This document shows positions 28,225 through 39,879 of a stretch of DNA of 64,000 nt, one piece after another. The stretch covers positions 103,602,001 to 103,666,000 of the forward strand of contig OZ024744.1 in the NCBI GenBank assembly GCA_964016885.1, read 5' to 3'. Position 1 is the first letter of the stretch. Each line of letters begins with the position of its first letter. This DNA is from Eledone cirrhosa (Eukaryota). The notes beneath the pieces are model-generated. The model worked only from the letters and a program-made list of their open reading frames with translations. It ran no database searches and was not told the DNA's origin. Made by a program: the position numbers and the translations under genes.

Positions 28225-28271
28225 TACTCCGATGATTCCAGCCTTGTGCTTGGATGAAACAATCGTTAGTA
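28225..28271 (+). ncRNA. Minimal type-I hammerhead-like motif (variant core)
   Basis: TACT-CCGATGA-stem II (TCCA/TGGA)-GAAAC-AATC-GTT-AGTA; stems I and III pair. Confidence 0.4.
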
Positions 28272-28388
28272 ATTAAATGTTCTAAACACTCTTTGATTGT
28301 TATTTATAAAGTATTTTGGTTCAGTATTATATTTGTTATTTTACATTGAGCTATTCTCATAATATTATCCACATTTTTTATGTATATA

Positions 28389-29665
28389 CGAGGGGGGATC
28401 AAAAAGTTCGCGGAATTTTTCAGAAAATATTCTATTTTTCAAAAAATATGATTTACCTTCAATTTATTTTTCTATATAGTTGCCATCCAGGTCAATACAC
28501 TTCACAAGGCGATGCTTCCAGCTTCGTAAGCCGTCTCTAAAGAAAGTTGAAGGCCTTGTTCGAAGCCATGTGTTGGCAGTGTTTTTAGCTTCTTCAACAC
28601 CACTAAAACGGGTTCCTTTTAGCATTTCTTTGAGTTTTGGAAAGAGGAAAAAGTCTGATGGGGCTAAATCTGGACTATAAGGCGGGTGAGGAAGCACTTC
28701 CTATCGAAATTCTCGAAGAACTTCTTTTGCAACCCGCGCAGAATGCACTGGTGCATTGTCATGGTGAAACAAGATCCCACCATGAAGTTTCCCTTTTCGT
28801 TTCTTGACTAATGCCTCTTTCACATTAAAACATTTGCATAGTAAGCTCCTGTCACAGTTCTTTGACCTTCAAGATAATTTATTAGTATCACCCCATCTGA
28901 ATCCCAGAAAATGGTGGCCATCACTTTTTGATCCGACTTTTGAGATTTGAACTTGATTGGCCTCGATGATCCATGCGGAAGCCACTGTTTTGACTGCTGT
29001 TTGGATTCAGGATCATACTGGTAGATCCAGGTTTCATCTCCGGTGATGATTCTGGTCAGGAAATGCTCTTCATCAACTTCAATTTTGTTTAATATCGCCA
29101 AAGACAGATCACTTCGAAGAATCAGCTGATCAGGGCGCAACGCTTTTGGGACCCATCGCACTGAAAGCTTGCTTAGTCCCAAATTATCGTGCAGAATTGA
29201 AATGTCGAGGGACTTAGCTAACTGATTAACTGTTATTCTTCGATCTTCTTCAATAAAAGTCTGAGCAGCCTCAACGTTTGGTCATTTTTTGATGTTCTTA
29301 GTCTTCCACTGCGAAGGTCGTCTCACCCTTGTTTGAATCGCTGAATCCACTTGTAGACAGCAGTTTTCTTTGGAGCAGTAGTACCGTAAACTTTAACTAA
29401 AGCCTCCATAATCTGTGTCCCTTTCCATTTGAGTTTCACCAGAAACTTGATATTGGATCTTATCTCAAAATAACTATTTTCCATTGTTCCAAAAAGAGGT
29501 TTTTTAAAGTGTGTCAGCACTGTACAATAGTCCACGCATAACTGACTACAAATGACTAATAGCAAGGTAAACACCCAGTGACAATGTTCTGACATGTTTA
29601 ATATTGTTTTAACCTATTTTTTTCTTACTACGATAAAATTCCGCGAACTTTTTGATCCCCTCTCG
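28389..29665 (-). mobile_element. Full-length mariner (DD34D-type); transposase 29484-28464 is disrupted
   Basis: TIRs CGAGGGGGGATCAAAAAGTTCGCGGAATTT flanked by TA; WVPK, TGDETW, HDNAPVH, YSPDLAPSD. Confidence 0.97.
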
Positions 29666-29762
29666 TATATATATATATATAACGAAGGAGATGTGGTAAG
29701 GAACCAGATGGACCATAACGCACCAGAATACTCGATACTTAGGGTAGTAGATTGGGTAATAG

Positions 29763-29880
29763 GAAAAAGTATGACCCCGACAGCAGAGCTCAAGCCGTTT
29801 CGACAGCTATTTCTGGACTCTGAGTCCAGAAATAGTTGTCGAAACGGCTTGAGCTCTGCCGTCGGGGGTCATACTTTTTC
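29763..29880. repeat. Near-perfect palindrome, arms about 58 bp, 1-nt spacer
   Basis: GAAAAAGTATGACCCC...CTGGACTC T GAGTCCAG...GGGGTCATACTTTTTC. Confidence 0.95.
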
Positions 29881-30240
29881 ATATATATATATATATCATC
29901 ATTTTATCATCATCATTTTACGTTCGCTTTTTCCCTGCTTGCAAGGGTGGGACGGGAACTGATTTTGGCTTGATTTCTACAGCTGGATGCCCTTCCTAAC
30001 ACCAACCTCATTTACAGTGAGTGCTGGGTGCTTTTTTGCCATGGCACCTACACATCCACTTTACAGTGGAATGATAGGGACCCCAGTCCCTAGCATCTCA
30101 TTTCTACAGCTGAGTAAACTGGAGCAATGTGAAATAAAGTGTCTTGCTCAAGGAAACAACACATCACCTGGTCTGAGAATTGAACTCACAACCTTTCGAT
30201 TGCAAGGCCAATGCTCTAACCACTAAGCCATGTGCCTCCA

Positions 30241-30271
<31 letters not shown>

Positions 30272-30290
30272 GTGTGTATATATATATATA

Positions 30291-30938
30291 ACTGATGAGG
30301 AAAACTCCTCCCCCTTCTTGCTTTCTTCATATTCCCACTGCATTTTAAGTTACCTTAAATAGCAACTACACACCCATTTCTATTCTCCATTTATTTCATC
30401 ATGTTTTCGCTGTGACCATTCTTCTCTCACCTTCTACCTACCTATTTCGCTACTTTCTACTCTCACCCCTCGTTCTTCCACTCCCTTTCTCCCTATCTAC
30501 TCATACCCCACTTTCTTCCTCTCACTTTCACCCCCTCGTCTGACCCTTTAGCAGTTCTCTTCTCACTTACAACTGCGGCGATCAGACGTGTCTTTTTTCT
30601 CTCGACCACACAGTCTTGAACTTAAGTTCTCTTATCGAGTGGTCTTGGATTTCCTACCTATAGTTGCTCGCACATTGCTCGGTGTGTTGTTTTTTTTGTT
30701 GTTTTGTTACTGTTTTATCCTTTCTTCCCTTTTGCTTTCCTTCCCTCCCTACTCCGTTTTCCCAATAACTTATCCAATTATTGACGCTCTGGGGCGAGAT
30801 ATCTTGTCTTTAAAGCGTAGAAATATCCAAGACCCCCAGTAGACAACTGATGAGGAAAACTCCCCCACCCCCTTCTTGCTTTCTTTGTATTCCCACTGTA
30901 TTTTAAGTTACCTTAAATAGCAACTACAAGCCATTTCT
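30291..30938 (+). repeat. Direct repeat of about 90 bp (30291 and 30846) beginning ACTGATGAGGAAAACTCC; possible Penelope pLTR remnant
   Basis: The direct sequence match is seen; the Penelope link is inferred from the CTGATGA start. Confidence 0.5.
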
Positions 30939-31102
30939 GTAATAATAATAAATAAATAATGAAATTATTGTGTAAAGTGCTCAGGTGCAATACAACTCGT
31001 CAAAGGTGTATGTATAGTACATAGAATAATACACAAATGTCAGGGAAGTGAATAGTGTATGAGTCATGGTATACATGTGTGTATGTGTATGGAGGGGGAA
31101 CA

Positions 31103-33865
31103 TTAGCTGTAGTGTTGGCGGATCTTAGGAAGCATGGAGGCCTTAAAGGATGCAGTGTCTCGACAGCTAACAACTGATGCAGGTAGTTTGTTCCATGCTT
31201 CAGCAACTCTGAGCGTGAAAAAATGTTTCCGAAAGTCATGGGAACTGTGCTGTTTTCTGACTTTGTGGGCATGTCCACGTGTGTTAGGAACATGGAAATC
31301 AAAAAGGTACTCAGGGTTGTTGTTGGCAAGATGGTTTACAATTTTGTGGGTGTTTATCAAGTCAGTTGCCGGGCATCGGAGCTTCAATGTATCCATGCCC
31401 AGGGAAGCAAGGCACTCAGAGTATGGTAGATGCCTGATGGAGGGTATTCGCTTGGTTGCACGTCTCTGAACAGTTTCCAGGTGGTCAATGTCCTGAGCAA
31501 GATAGGGGTTCCAGACTGGTGATGCAAATTCTAAGTGTGGCCGTACAATAGCCATGTACAGCCTTAAATAGATATCTGGAGAGCGGCTGACAGAGGTCTT
31601 GCTGAGTGATGCTAAGACACCCTCGGCCCTCTTGACAATTTTAGAGACGTGCTTCGTCCAACGCAAATCGCTGCTGACCGTAATGCCCAGCTAACGTTCA
31701 CAAGAAGACTTCTTGATATTAGTGCTGTGAAGGGAGTATGTGGACGCTGGGTTTTTACTCCCAAAATGCATGGTGGTGCACTTGTCCACAGCTAGCTTGA
31801 GTTGCCAGTCTGAGATCCATTGTTGCATTGTGTCCAGGTCAGACTGCAAGCAAGATCTATAGTGTTCAGGATCTGTCCTTTTTATCTCAAGGTACAGCTT
31901 GATGTCATCTGCATACTTTAGTACCGTTGCATTCTTTAAGTTGGCATCTATGTCATTAATATATGCCACAAACAAAAGGGGGCCAAGAACATATCCCTGT
32001 GGTACACCAGATGACATTTCATATGGTGAGGAATGCTCTCCCAGAAACGTGACTACCTCTCTTCAACTGAGAATGAAGGACTTCAACCAGTTAAAAAGAT
32101 CATCCTTCACACCCATTGCAGAGAGTTTTGCCATAAGCCTTTTGTGCGGCACAGAATTGAAGGCTTTCGCAAAGTCAAGGTAAACAACATCCACCCATGA
32201 GCCACCATCAGTGATCTAGGTGATGTCCTCAAGAAACTCTATAAGTTGATCACAGCAGCTGGAGTTGGGGATAAATCCAAATTGCGAGGGCCGGATAAGA
32301 CTGTGAAAGCTCCAGAAGTTCCAAAGTGTTTCTCTGACACAGGATTCCATCAGTTTGGCGATGCAACTAGTAAGACTGACTGGACGATAGTTCACAGGTG
32401 ATGTGCGGTCACCCTTTTTGAACAGAGGAATGACACTGGCAGTTTTCCACTGTTCTGGAGTAGCACTGTTGTTCAGAAGAAATGTGATAACTAGTGCAGA
32501 AGGAAATTCCCACCATGGTTGAGAAGCAGGTACGTAACACCATCAAGACCAGGAGAGGCATGGTTGCGTTTATTTTTTAGGTGACGTCGCAGCATTGCAG
32601 GTGTAAATTCCATAGTTGTAATAGAATCCAATGTCAGAGGTGGTGGAGACGATACACTCTGGTCTTCAATAGTGAAAATGCCTGCATAGCATTCAGTAAT
32701 GAGCTCTGCGCATTCCTTGGGGTCGTCAGTAACCTGGCTTGTGTGGGGATTGCGAAGAGGACCAACTGGAGAGTGAGGTCTCTGCTTTGAGTGAAAATAT
32801 TTTCAGAAAACCTTACTGTCAGGGCTGGTTGCTATGCGCTGCTCAAATTGAAGCACTGCCTTTTTTGTCACCTGTTTGAGGTGGTTGGACTATCTATTTC
32901 GCCTCTTCCTATTAATGTCTGATTTGTGAAGTTTGTACTCACGTTTATCATTGTGACATTCGTTTCTGGCAAGACGGACTGCTGCAGTCTCCCAATTTGC
33001 ACTTTGGGGATGTTTTTTTCCGCTTACGTGGCACCGATGCTGCACATGCTGTCCATATTGAGCTCAGGATGTTCTGGAGTACAGTGTTGACATCTCCAGT
33101 CGTAGAACTCAAGCCAGTTTGGCCGTTGCAACTCGGTGCAGTAACAGTTCCAGTCTGCTTTATTCCAGTCAAAGTGAGCAGTTTGGAGATGGTTGTGGTT
33201 TTTGTTACTGCCCATGAGGGATAGATTGGCAATGATCATAGCATGATCAGAGTCACCTAAAGGTTCCTCAGTAGTAACACTAATAACCGTTTCAGGAGTA
33301 GTGGTGAAGAGTAGGTCCAAAGTGTTGTCACCTGTTGTTGGGGAGGTGACTACTTGGGACCACTTCAAGTCCAGCACTAGCTCAAGAAAGTCATTTGCAC
33401 TTGGCAGCCAACGAAAGGTTTCCCAGTCAATCTCAGACTGATTGAAGTCCCCTGCAATAAAAACATAGATGGCTGTCTTCCTGGCAGCAGCTCTGAGGAT
33501 ATCACAAAGTTGAGTGTCCTGATGGTAATTTGGGGGACGGTAAACGACTCCAAGTAGCAGTGTTGACATGGTCATACGTATATCGCAGAAAAAACTTCCT
33601 GCTGTGATTGGTTCAAATCAACACAAGGAATTAACAGAATCAACACAACAGATTTGACCGAACGTAGACCATTACACCACCACCACCACGATTAATGCGG
33701 TCTTTACGAAACAGGTTGTAGCCAGTCATGCTGAAAACCTCATCACAGAGTAAGGATGTGCCCAAGTTTCCGTGACTGTAATGAAGTCAGGGTTACTTTT
33801 GACGTAGGAGTAAAAAAAATGAATCTTATTGCATAGACTACGTGCATTCAAGGACAACAATTTGT
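31103..33865 (-). pseudogene. CR1 ORF2 (APE plus RT), disrupted
   Basis: Split across ORFs 33024-33575, 31691-32017 and 31103-31666; stops at 32216-32218 and 32063-32065. Confidence 0.9.
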
Positions 33866-33916
33866 ACCTTGATTCCAGTCTATGATTATGTGCAGGGGAT
33901 GGCAGGTTGTTCTGAT

Positions 33917-35152
33917 TTAGTTTCCCAGAGTTTTTTCAGTTTCTTTATTGTCAGTTGTTGTGGATATAGTGTTTTCAGACCAGCTGGTGTCTCTTTTGCA
34001 TGTTTCGCCAGCCTTAACAAACTTCCATATCTGCCCATCATCTCGTAGGCTGAAGCTTTCATGTTCTGCCGAGCTGCGGTTTAAGGAAGCTGCAGCATGC
34101 AACTTTGGGCGGACATCAGGTGGAAGACCAGGGCGTGTTCGGAAAGCAATCCGACTTTCACGCGTAGCTTTATCAGAGGCTACAAGGTATGAACGTGCCT
34201 CAGTTGAGTTTGAAAACGACAGTCTAATTAGCCTGGGTTTCGAGCCTGGTTGGCCAAGGCATAGAGCACTCTTTGTGGGAGCACAGCCCAAGTCTTTGGA
34301 TGAACTGGCAGCAAATGCCTGAAGATCAACTATGTCTTCTGGTGCACCAATGGCAATCACTTCATGGTTTGCAGATTCAGTGGCATTCTCAATGCGTCTA
34401 GGTTCAACATGAGGTACGCGAAGATTTTTTAACAAGGCACTCCGGTAAGATCCCTCATTGTGGGGTTCTACACGAACGCTTGATTTTATTTCCGCTATTT
34501 CTCGGCTTAAAGCGGAAATTATTTGCCGTATCTCCTCAAACTCCGTATTGACGGTCAGCTTTTGTTGTTGTTCTTCTCCTTCAACAGGCATGGTAGGAGA
34601 AGACACAGTCGTCGGTTGTTGTTGTTGAAAAGTAACGGGTGAGGAAGACATGGGTTGCTGTTGTTGATGAAGTCCTTCAACGGGAGTAGTAGCAGAAGCT
34701 ATGGTCGTTGGTTTTTGCTGTTGTTCAGGAACAATGGTAGAGGAAGACACGATCCTCAGTTTTTGTTGTTGTTGTTCGGGAACAATGGTAGAAGAAGACA
34801 CGATCTTCGGTTTTTGTTGTTGTTTCGCAGCAATGGGAGAGGCAGGCTTACAGTCCAGGCACTGAAAGGACCAGTTTGTTAGCTGGACCATCTCCCAGAG
34901 TCTATCCATCGTAGCAATATGATGTTTCTTGTTTTGGCCTGGGATCTTCCGGAAGCCTGTGGCGCATTGAAGGCAGACAGAGATGTGACAGGTTCCACGT
35001 TCAACCCAACGATTACGGAACGAGTTTTCGGGTTCCGTACAGATATGGCAGATGTGATCTTCTGGGTAATGTTCTATTTTGGAACATCGGCCAGTTTTGT
35101 CGCATACTTCATCGATGGATATCACCATGGCAATTTTGTTATTTCTGCCCAT
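33917..35152 (-). CDS. CR1 ORF1 protein (411 aa from ATG 35152): PHD-like Cys region, Q-rich repeats, coiled coil, RRM-like C-terminus
   Basis: Open frame directly upstream of the APE; CHIC..CHISVCLQC..WSFQCLDC; LGQPGSKPRLIRLSF. Confidence 0.8.
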   Translation of the reverse strand: MGRNNKIAMVISIDEVCDKTGRCSKIEHYPEDHICHICTEPENSFRNRWVERGTCHISVCLQCATGFRKIPGQNKKHHIATMDRLWEMVQLTNWSFQCLDCKPASPIAAKQQQKPKIVSSSTIVPEQQQQKLRIVSSSTIVPEQQQKPTTIASATTPVEGLHQQQQPMSSSPVTFQQQQPTTVSSPTMPVEGEEQQQKLTVNTEFEEIRQIISALSREIAEIKSSVRVEPHNEGSYRSALLKNLRVPHVEPRRIENATESANHEVIAIGAPEDIVDLQAFAASSSKDLGCAPTKSALCLGQPGSKPRLIRLSFSNSTEARSYLVASDKATRESRIAFRTRPGLPPDVRPKLHAAASLNRSSAEHESFSLRDDGQIWKFVKAGETCKRDTSWSENTISTTTDNKETEKTLGN

Positions 35153-35406
35153 CCGTAGAAAAACACAGAATGTAAACAATTTAGGTTTAGCGCACTTGAT
35201 TACGATAGAAATAAAATGCGTTTTTTGTTTTGTTTTTTTGTGTATTTTGTTTCCGTTTTCCTAAATGTTGTGTGTGTGTGTGTACAGAAGAGTCTGCGCA
35301 TGAAACAATTCTATTCTCTTTCTCTAATATATATATATAGAGGTAGAACACTGGAATGTAATATCCGTAGTGGTAGAGCACTCAGTCCATGGGACAATTT
35401 AGGTAG

Positions 35407-35636
35407 AAGTGGTAACACAACAGGCAGTTCACCATACTGAGAACAATTGTTTCACCTTACTGGATCTTCAGCTCATACAGGTCATGGTTATACGGAACAG
35501 GAAGAACAACCGCATGAACGCGCATTCATGCGGTTGTTCTCTCTGTTCCATATAACCATGACCAGTATGAGCTGAAGATTCGCTAAGGTGAAACAATTGT
35601 TCTCGGTATGGTGAACTAACTGTTGTGTTACCACTT
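35407..35636. repeat. 230-bp fold-back palindrome with a minimal hammerhead motif in each arm
   Basis: Arms of 115 bp centred at 35521/35522. GAG-CTGAAGA-stem-GAAAC-AATT-GTT-CTC at 35569-35604 (+) and 35439-35474 (-). Confidence 0.9.
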
Positions 35637-35912
35637 ATATATATGACCTTGATCACCTTGACCGACCAGTCTGTCGGGCGTCCATTCGGCGCCGCTGGTC
35701 ACAGCGCGTCGTGCTGTTTTAGCCATAAGATAACGCCATCCCACTGGTTGGGCGGGCAGGCCGGTACTCATTTCTACAGCTGAGTAAACTGGAGCAACAT
35801 GAAATAAAGTCTCTTGCTCAAGGAAACAACACATCATCCGGTCCGAGAATTGAACTCACAACCTTTCGATTGCAAGCTCAATGGTCTAACCACTAAGCCA
35901 TGCGCCTTCACT

Positions 35913-35947
<35 letters not shown>

Positions 35948-36337
35948 TCGATCATAGGGGATTTAAAACTGCCAGTGTGTAGAACATATTAACTACGGAA
36001 AGAATGGTGAATACAAATCAATTAAAAGTATATTAAAGTGTACTAACCATCCAATTATAACTATAACATCCAGACATGCTCAAATTACATACTGAAGTAT
36101 AACTCATCAGTGGGTGTCCTCGCAATATGAACTCCACTTCTAAAATCAGATAACTAAAAATAAGCACATGTAGGCTTTACAGCCCATGACAGTGTGAATA
36201 GACCATAAGACCACTAAAAACACTAGCTCAGAACCATTCAATTTCAGAAGCTCAACTTACATATACAAATGTAACAGGAGCATTTAATCAAATTACAAAG
36301 TGGATTTAAAGATCCACAATCATCCCCTATGATTTAA

Positions 36338-38095
36338 CCCTTTAGTGTTCAAACAGCCCGAAACTGGCCAAAATTATTTCCCCTTCATTTGTTCAAACCG
36401 CTCGAAACCGGCCGATAACACCCACACTAAAATATCGTTATAAAATTAAACAAACCATCATCAAAATCTCGTCAATTCAATAATTACTGCGAGATTAGGC
36501 CCTTACCATGAAAATTAACACTTAATATAGTGAAACAACTTAAAACAACATGTGTTTTTTTAACATTGAAAGTAGAACAGATTTTTTGTGCATCAACATG
36601 GCTTGTGAAAGTAGCGATGCCAACTTTGAAGGTTTTACACACGATGACATTCAGAATGAACAAGAAACAAAAGATAATATTAGTGATTTATCTTCAAATG
36701 AATCAGATGTTTACATTTTTGAAATTTCCTTCGACGATGATTGTTGTTTTGAAAGTGAAAACGAAGGAGATCTCCAGGACGCCATTGAAAATATTAGAGC
36801 AACGTGGTTGAAAAATACCACATCAATATATGTTCCCGATTTTATTCAAAATACTGGTCCACAACATACATTACCTCTCGATGCTAAAGCACTGGATTAT
36901 TTCTTTTTGTTTTTACCACAAACTTTCTTCGAAGTTGTGGCAGAAGAGATTAATCGATATGTCCAACAACAGATTTCAAATGGAGGAAAACCCGATCTAT
37001 TTGGCGACCGACAGATGCTGCAGAAATGCAACCATTTTTTACTGTAAATATTATGTTCGGTATAAAACAATTTCCAAGACTGTGGAATTACTGGAGCACT
37101 GATATAAGGTTTAGTGATCCTTATATATCAAGTATTATGCCGAAAACAACGTATTTAAAATTAAACCTGTATTTACACCTGGTTGATACTTCAAATGCCC
37201 CTATTAATTAATTTCACCTGCTCATAAAAGTCAAATTTAACCAAAAAATTCAGGTAAAATTATATAATTGTAAATTATTGATATTTAAACATCTACTGAC
37301 AAAATTTCAAGCCTGCACATAGAAAATTAAGAAAATTACAAACAAATAAAATTGATAACCCTCTTGAGTACGATTAACTCAAAATAATTGTTTCTACATT
37401 TTGGCACAAGGCCAGCAATAACCAGTGCATTACTGGTACTTTATGTTATCGACCCCGTAAGGATGAAAGGCAAAGTCAACCTTGGCGGGATTTGAACTCA
37501 GATCGTAAAGGGGCGTAACTATGCTGGAAAGCATGGCGTCCGACCCTCTACCGATACTGCCAATTCACCGATTAACTCAAAATAATTGTTTCTACTTTAG
37601 GCACAAGGCCAGCAATTACCCAGTGCATTACTGGTACTTTATTTTATCGACCCCGTAAGGATGAAAGGCAAAGTCAACCTTGGCGGGATTTGAACTCAGA
37701 TCGTAAAGGGGCGTAACTATGCTGGAAAGCATGGCGTCCGACCCTCTACCGATACTGCCAATCCTCCGGCCTTCAAAATAATTGTTTCTATTTTAGGCAC
37801 AAGGCCAGCAATTAACCAGTGCATTACTGGTACTTAAAAATAATTGTTTCTACTTTAGGCACAAGGCCAGCAATTATCCAGTGCATTACTGGTACTTTAT
37901 TTTATCGACCCCGTAAGGATGAAAGGCAAAGTCAACCTCGGCGGGATTTGAACTCAGATCGTAAAGGGACGTAACTATGCTGGAAAGCATGGCGTCCGAC
38001 CCTCTACCGATATTGCCAATCCACCGCCACTGGTACTTCAAAATAATGCCAACAGATAAGCATGACATGTGAAAATTAATGCAAATGCTAAAGGG
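36338..38095 (+). mobile_element. Internally deleted piggyBac with both ends and TTAA TSDs
   Basis: TTAA|CCCTTTAG...CTAAAGGG|TTAA; N-terminal transposase ALDYFFLFLP..INRY. Confidence 0.93.
37385..38030 (-). mobile_element. Tandem array of family-A SINEs (three full, one partial) inside the piggyBac 3' region
   Basis: Repeated units of about 190 bp. The empty site is visible in the paralog at 63166-63200. Confidence 0.93.
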
Positions 38096-38209
38096 TTAAT
38101 GAGCTCAAGGAACAGATTCTGGACTCTTTATAAATCAGCATATAGGGAGAAGTACACATATAATTATGTATTCAATAAAAGGGGATATATATATATATCT
38201 ACTATATAA

Positions 38210-39080
38210 TCAGAGGTTGAATTGATCTAGATGAAATGCAGTTTGGGTTTGTGCCAGGTACAAGTACAACGGATGCTCTTTTCATTGTACAGCAACTACA
38301 GGAGAAGTACCTAGCTAAAAGTATACCCCTTACTTAGCTTTTGTTGACTTGGAGAAAGCCTTTGACAGAGTCCCCCACTCCATTATCTGGTGGGCCCTTA
38401 GAAAACTAGGAATAGAGGAATAGTTTGTGAGAGCTATACAAGCCATGTATAAAGAAACAGTCAGCAAGGTTAGAATTAACAATGAATCATCATCATCATC
38501 ATCATCATCACCGTTTTACGTCCGTTCTTCCACGCTAGCATGGGTGAATATAATGAAGAATTTAGTGTAAAAGTAGGTGTTCATCAGGGCTCCGTCCTTA
38601 GCCCATCCTGTTTGGCCAATGCTCAGGTGCAATGAGTAGCAAGGGCCCACAGGATACTATCTCCTTCTACTGCCCAGATGGTTCTATAGAAATAGTGGAC
38701 AGGTTCCATTACCTGGGTGACAAAATCTGCAAGTACAGTAGCCAGAGTTAGAACGGGATGGAAAAAGTTCAGAGAGCTAATACCGCTGTTGGTCACAAAA
38801 GTTTCTCTCTCAAAAAATGAAAGGCAGATTGTATGATGCTTGTATACGAACAGCAATGTTACATGGCAGTGAGACATGGGCATTGTGTGCAGATTGGAAA
38901 GGAATGAAGCATGCATGCTCCATTGGATGTGTAATAGTAATGTACACGAATGGCAAAACATAAATGAACTAAGTGAGAAATTAGGAATAAGAGGGATCAG
39001 ATGCAGTTTACTTGAGAGAAGATTACGTTGGTATGGTCATGTGATGCGCATGAAAGACGACAGCTGTATAAAAAAGTGGT
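38210..39080 (+). mobile_element. RTE LINE RT fragment
   Basis: QFGFVPG, AFVDLEKAFDRVP, GVHQGSVLSP, RLRWYGHV. Confidence 0.9.
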
Positions 39081-39571
39081 TGGTGTTAGGAAGGGCATCC
39101 AGCTGTAGAAAACCTGCCAGACACAGTTCTATATGAGTGAGACATGTTCACCGATCAAGTGGGACTATTCCAGTCTAACCCATGCAAGCGTGGAAGATAG
39201 ACGTTAAACAATGATGGTGATGATGATAAATGACAATTTCTGTATATCTGTGTATATGTGTATAACCAGTTGGCGCCTACACCAGTGATCCGACCATGAT
39301 GAAACTTTACACACTTGCTAAGCTAATATTCAGAAACAGGTCTAGCTAATTTGAATAATAGAACCCCTAGGCGCATCTTTACAATGGAGGAGGAAAGAGA
39401 AGACGTTTCAGTGAGATAGGGGGAAGAGGAGATACTACTACTGTATGTTAAATCCTCCCTCCTACTACTCCCCTTCCTCCTCCCACAACTCAGTCCTCCA
39501 AAACGAGGTTCTTGATTGTTCTTGATTCTGTAGAGAATGAGAGAGGGTAAAAGAAAAAAAATCTCCTTACA

Positions 39572-39802
<231 letters not shown>

Positions 39803-39879
39803 CATAAGATGTACTGTGACTGTGTGTGTTGTGTGTCCCCGGGGAAGTTGCAATGTCCGCACACACAAACATGCATCTA

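Larger units (their letters stand above)
26910..28316. mobile_element. Decayed Penelope-like remnant with inverted terminal segments (about 26910-27010 and 28152-28316)
   Basis: Inverted match CTTGTCAAAGAACATTCTGGGGATACACAATATGGGAAGAAAGCAT, a hammerhead-like core at 28229 and a YYIGS remnant. Confidence 0.55.
30940..35315 (-). mobile_element. Essentially full-length CR1-clade LINE (ORF1 plus APE-RT ORF2, (ATT)n tail)
   Basis: ORF1 is open. ORF2 motifs VYRPP, AGDFN, TLDL, DSDH, YADD are present with stops and frameshifts. Confidence 0.95.

Noticed and set aside
30165-30238. tRNA-like sequences (also 21265-21337, 35835-35908, 54065-54137)
   Set aside because: They are SINE heads fused to repeat bodies, without a complete cloverleaf.
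37385-38030. Possible CRISPR-like repeat array
   Set aside because: The units are SINE copies of about 190 bp found dispersed elsewhere; there are no unique spacers or cas genes, and the context is eukaryotic.
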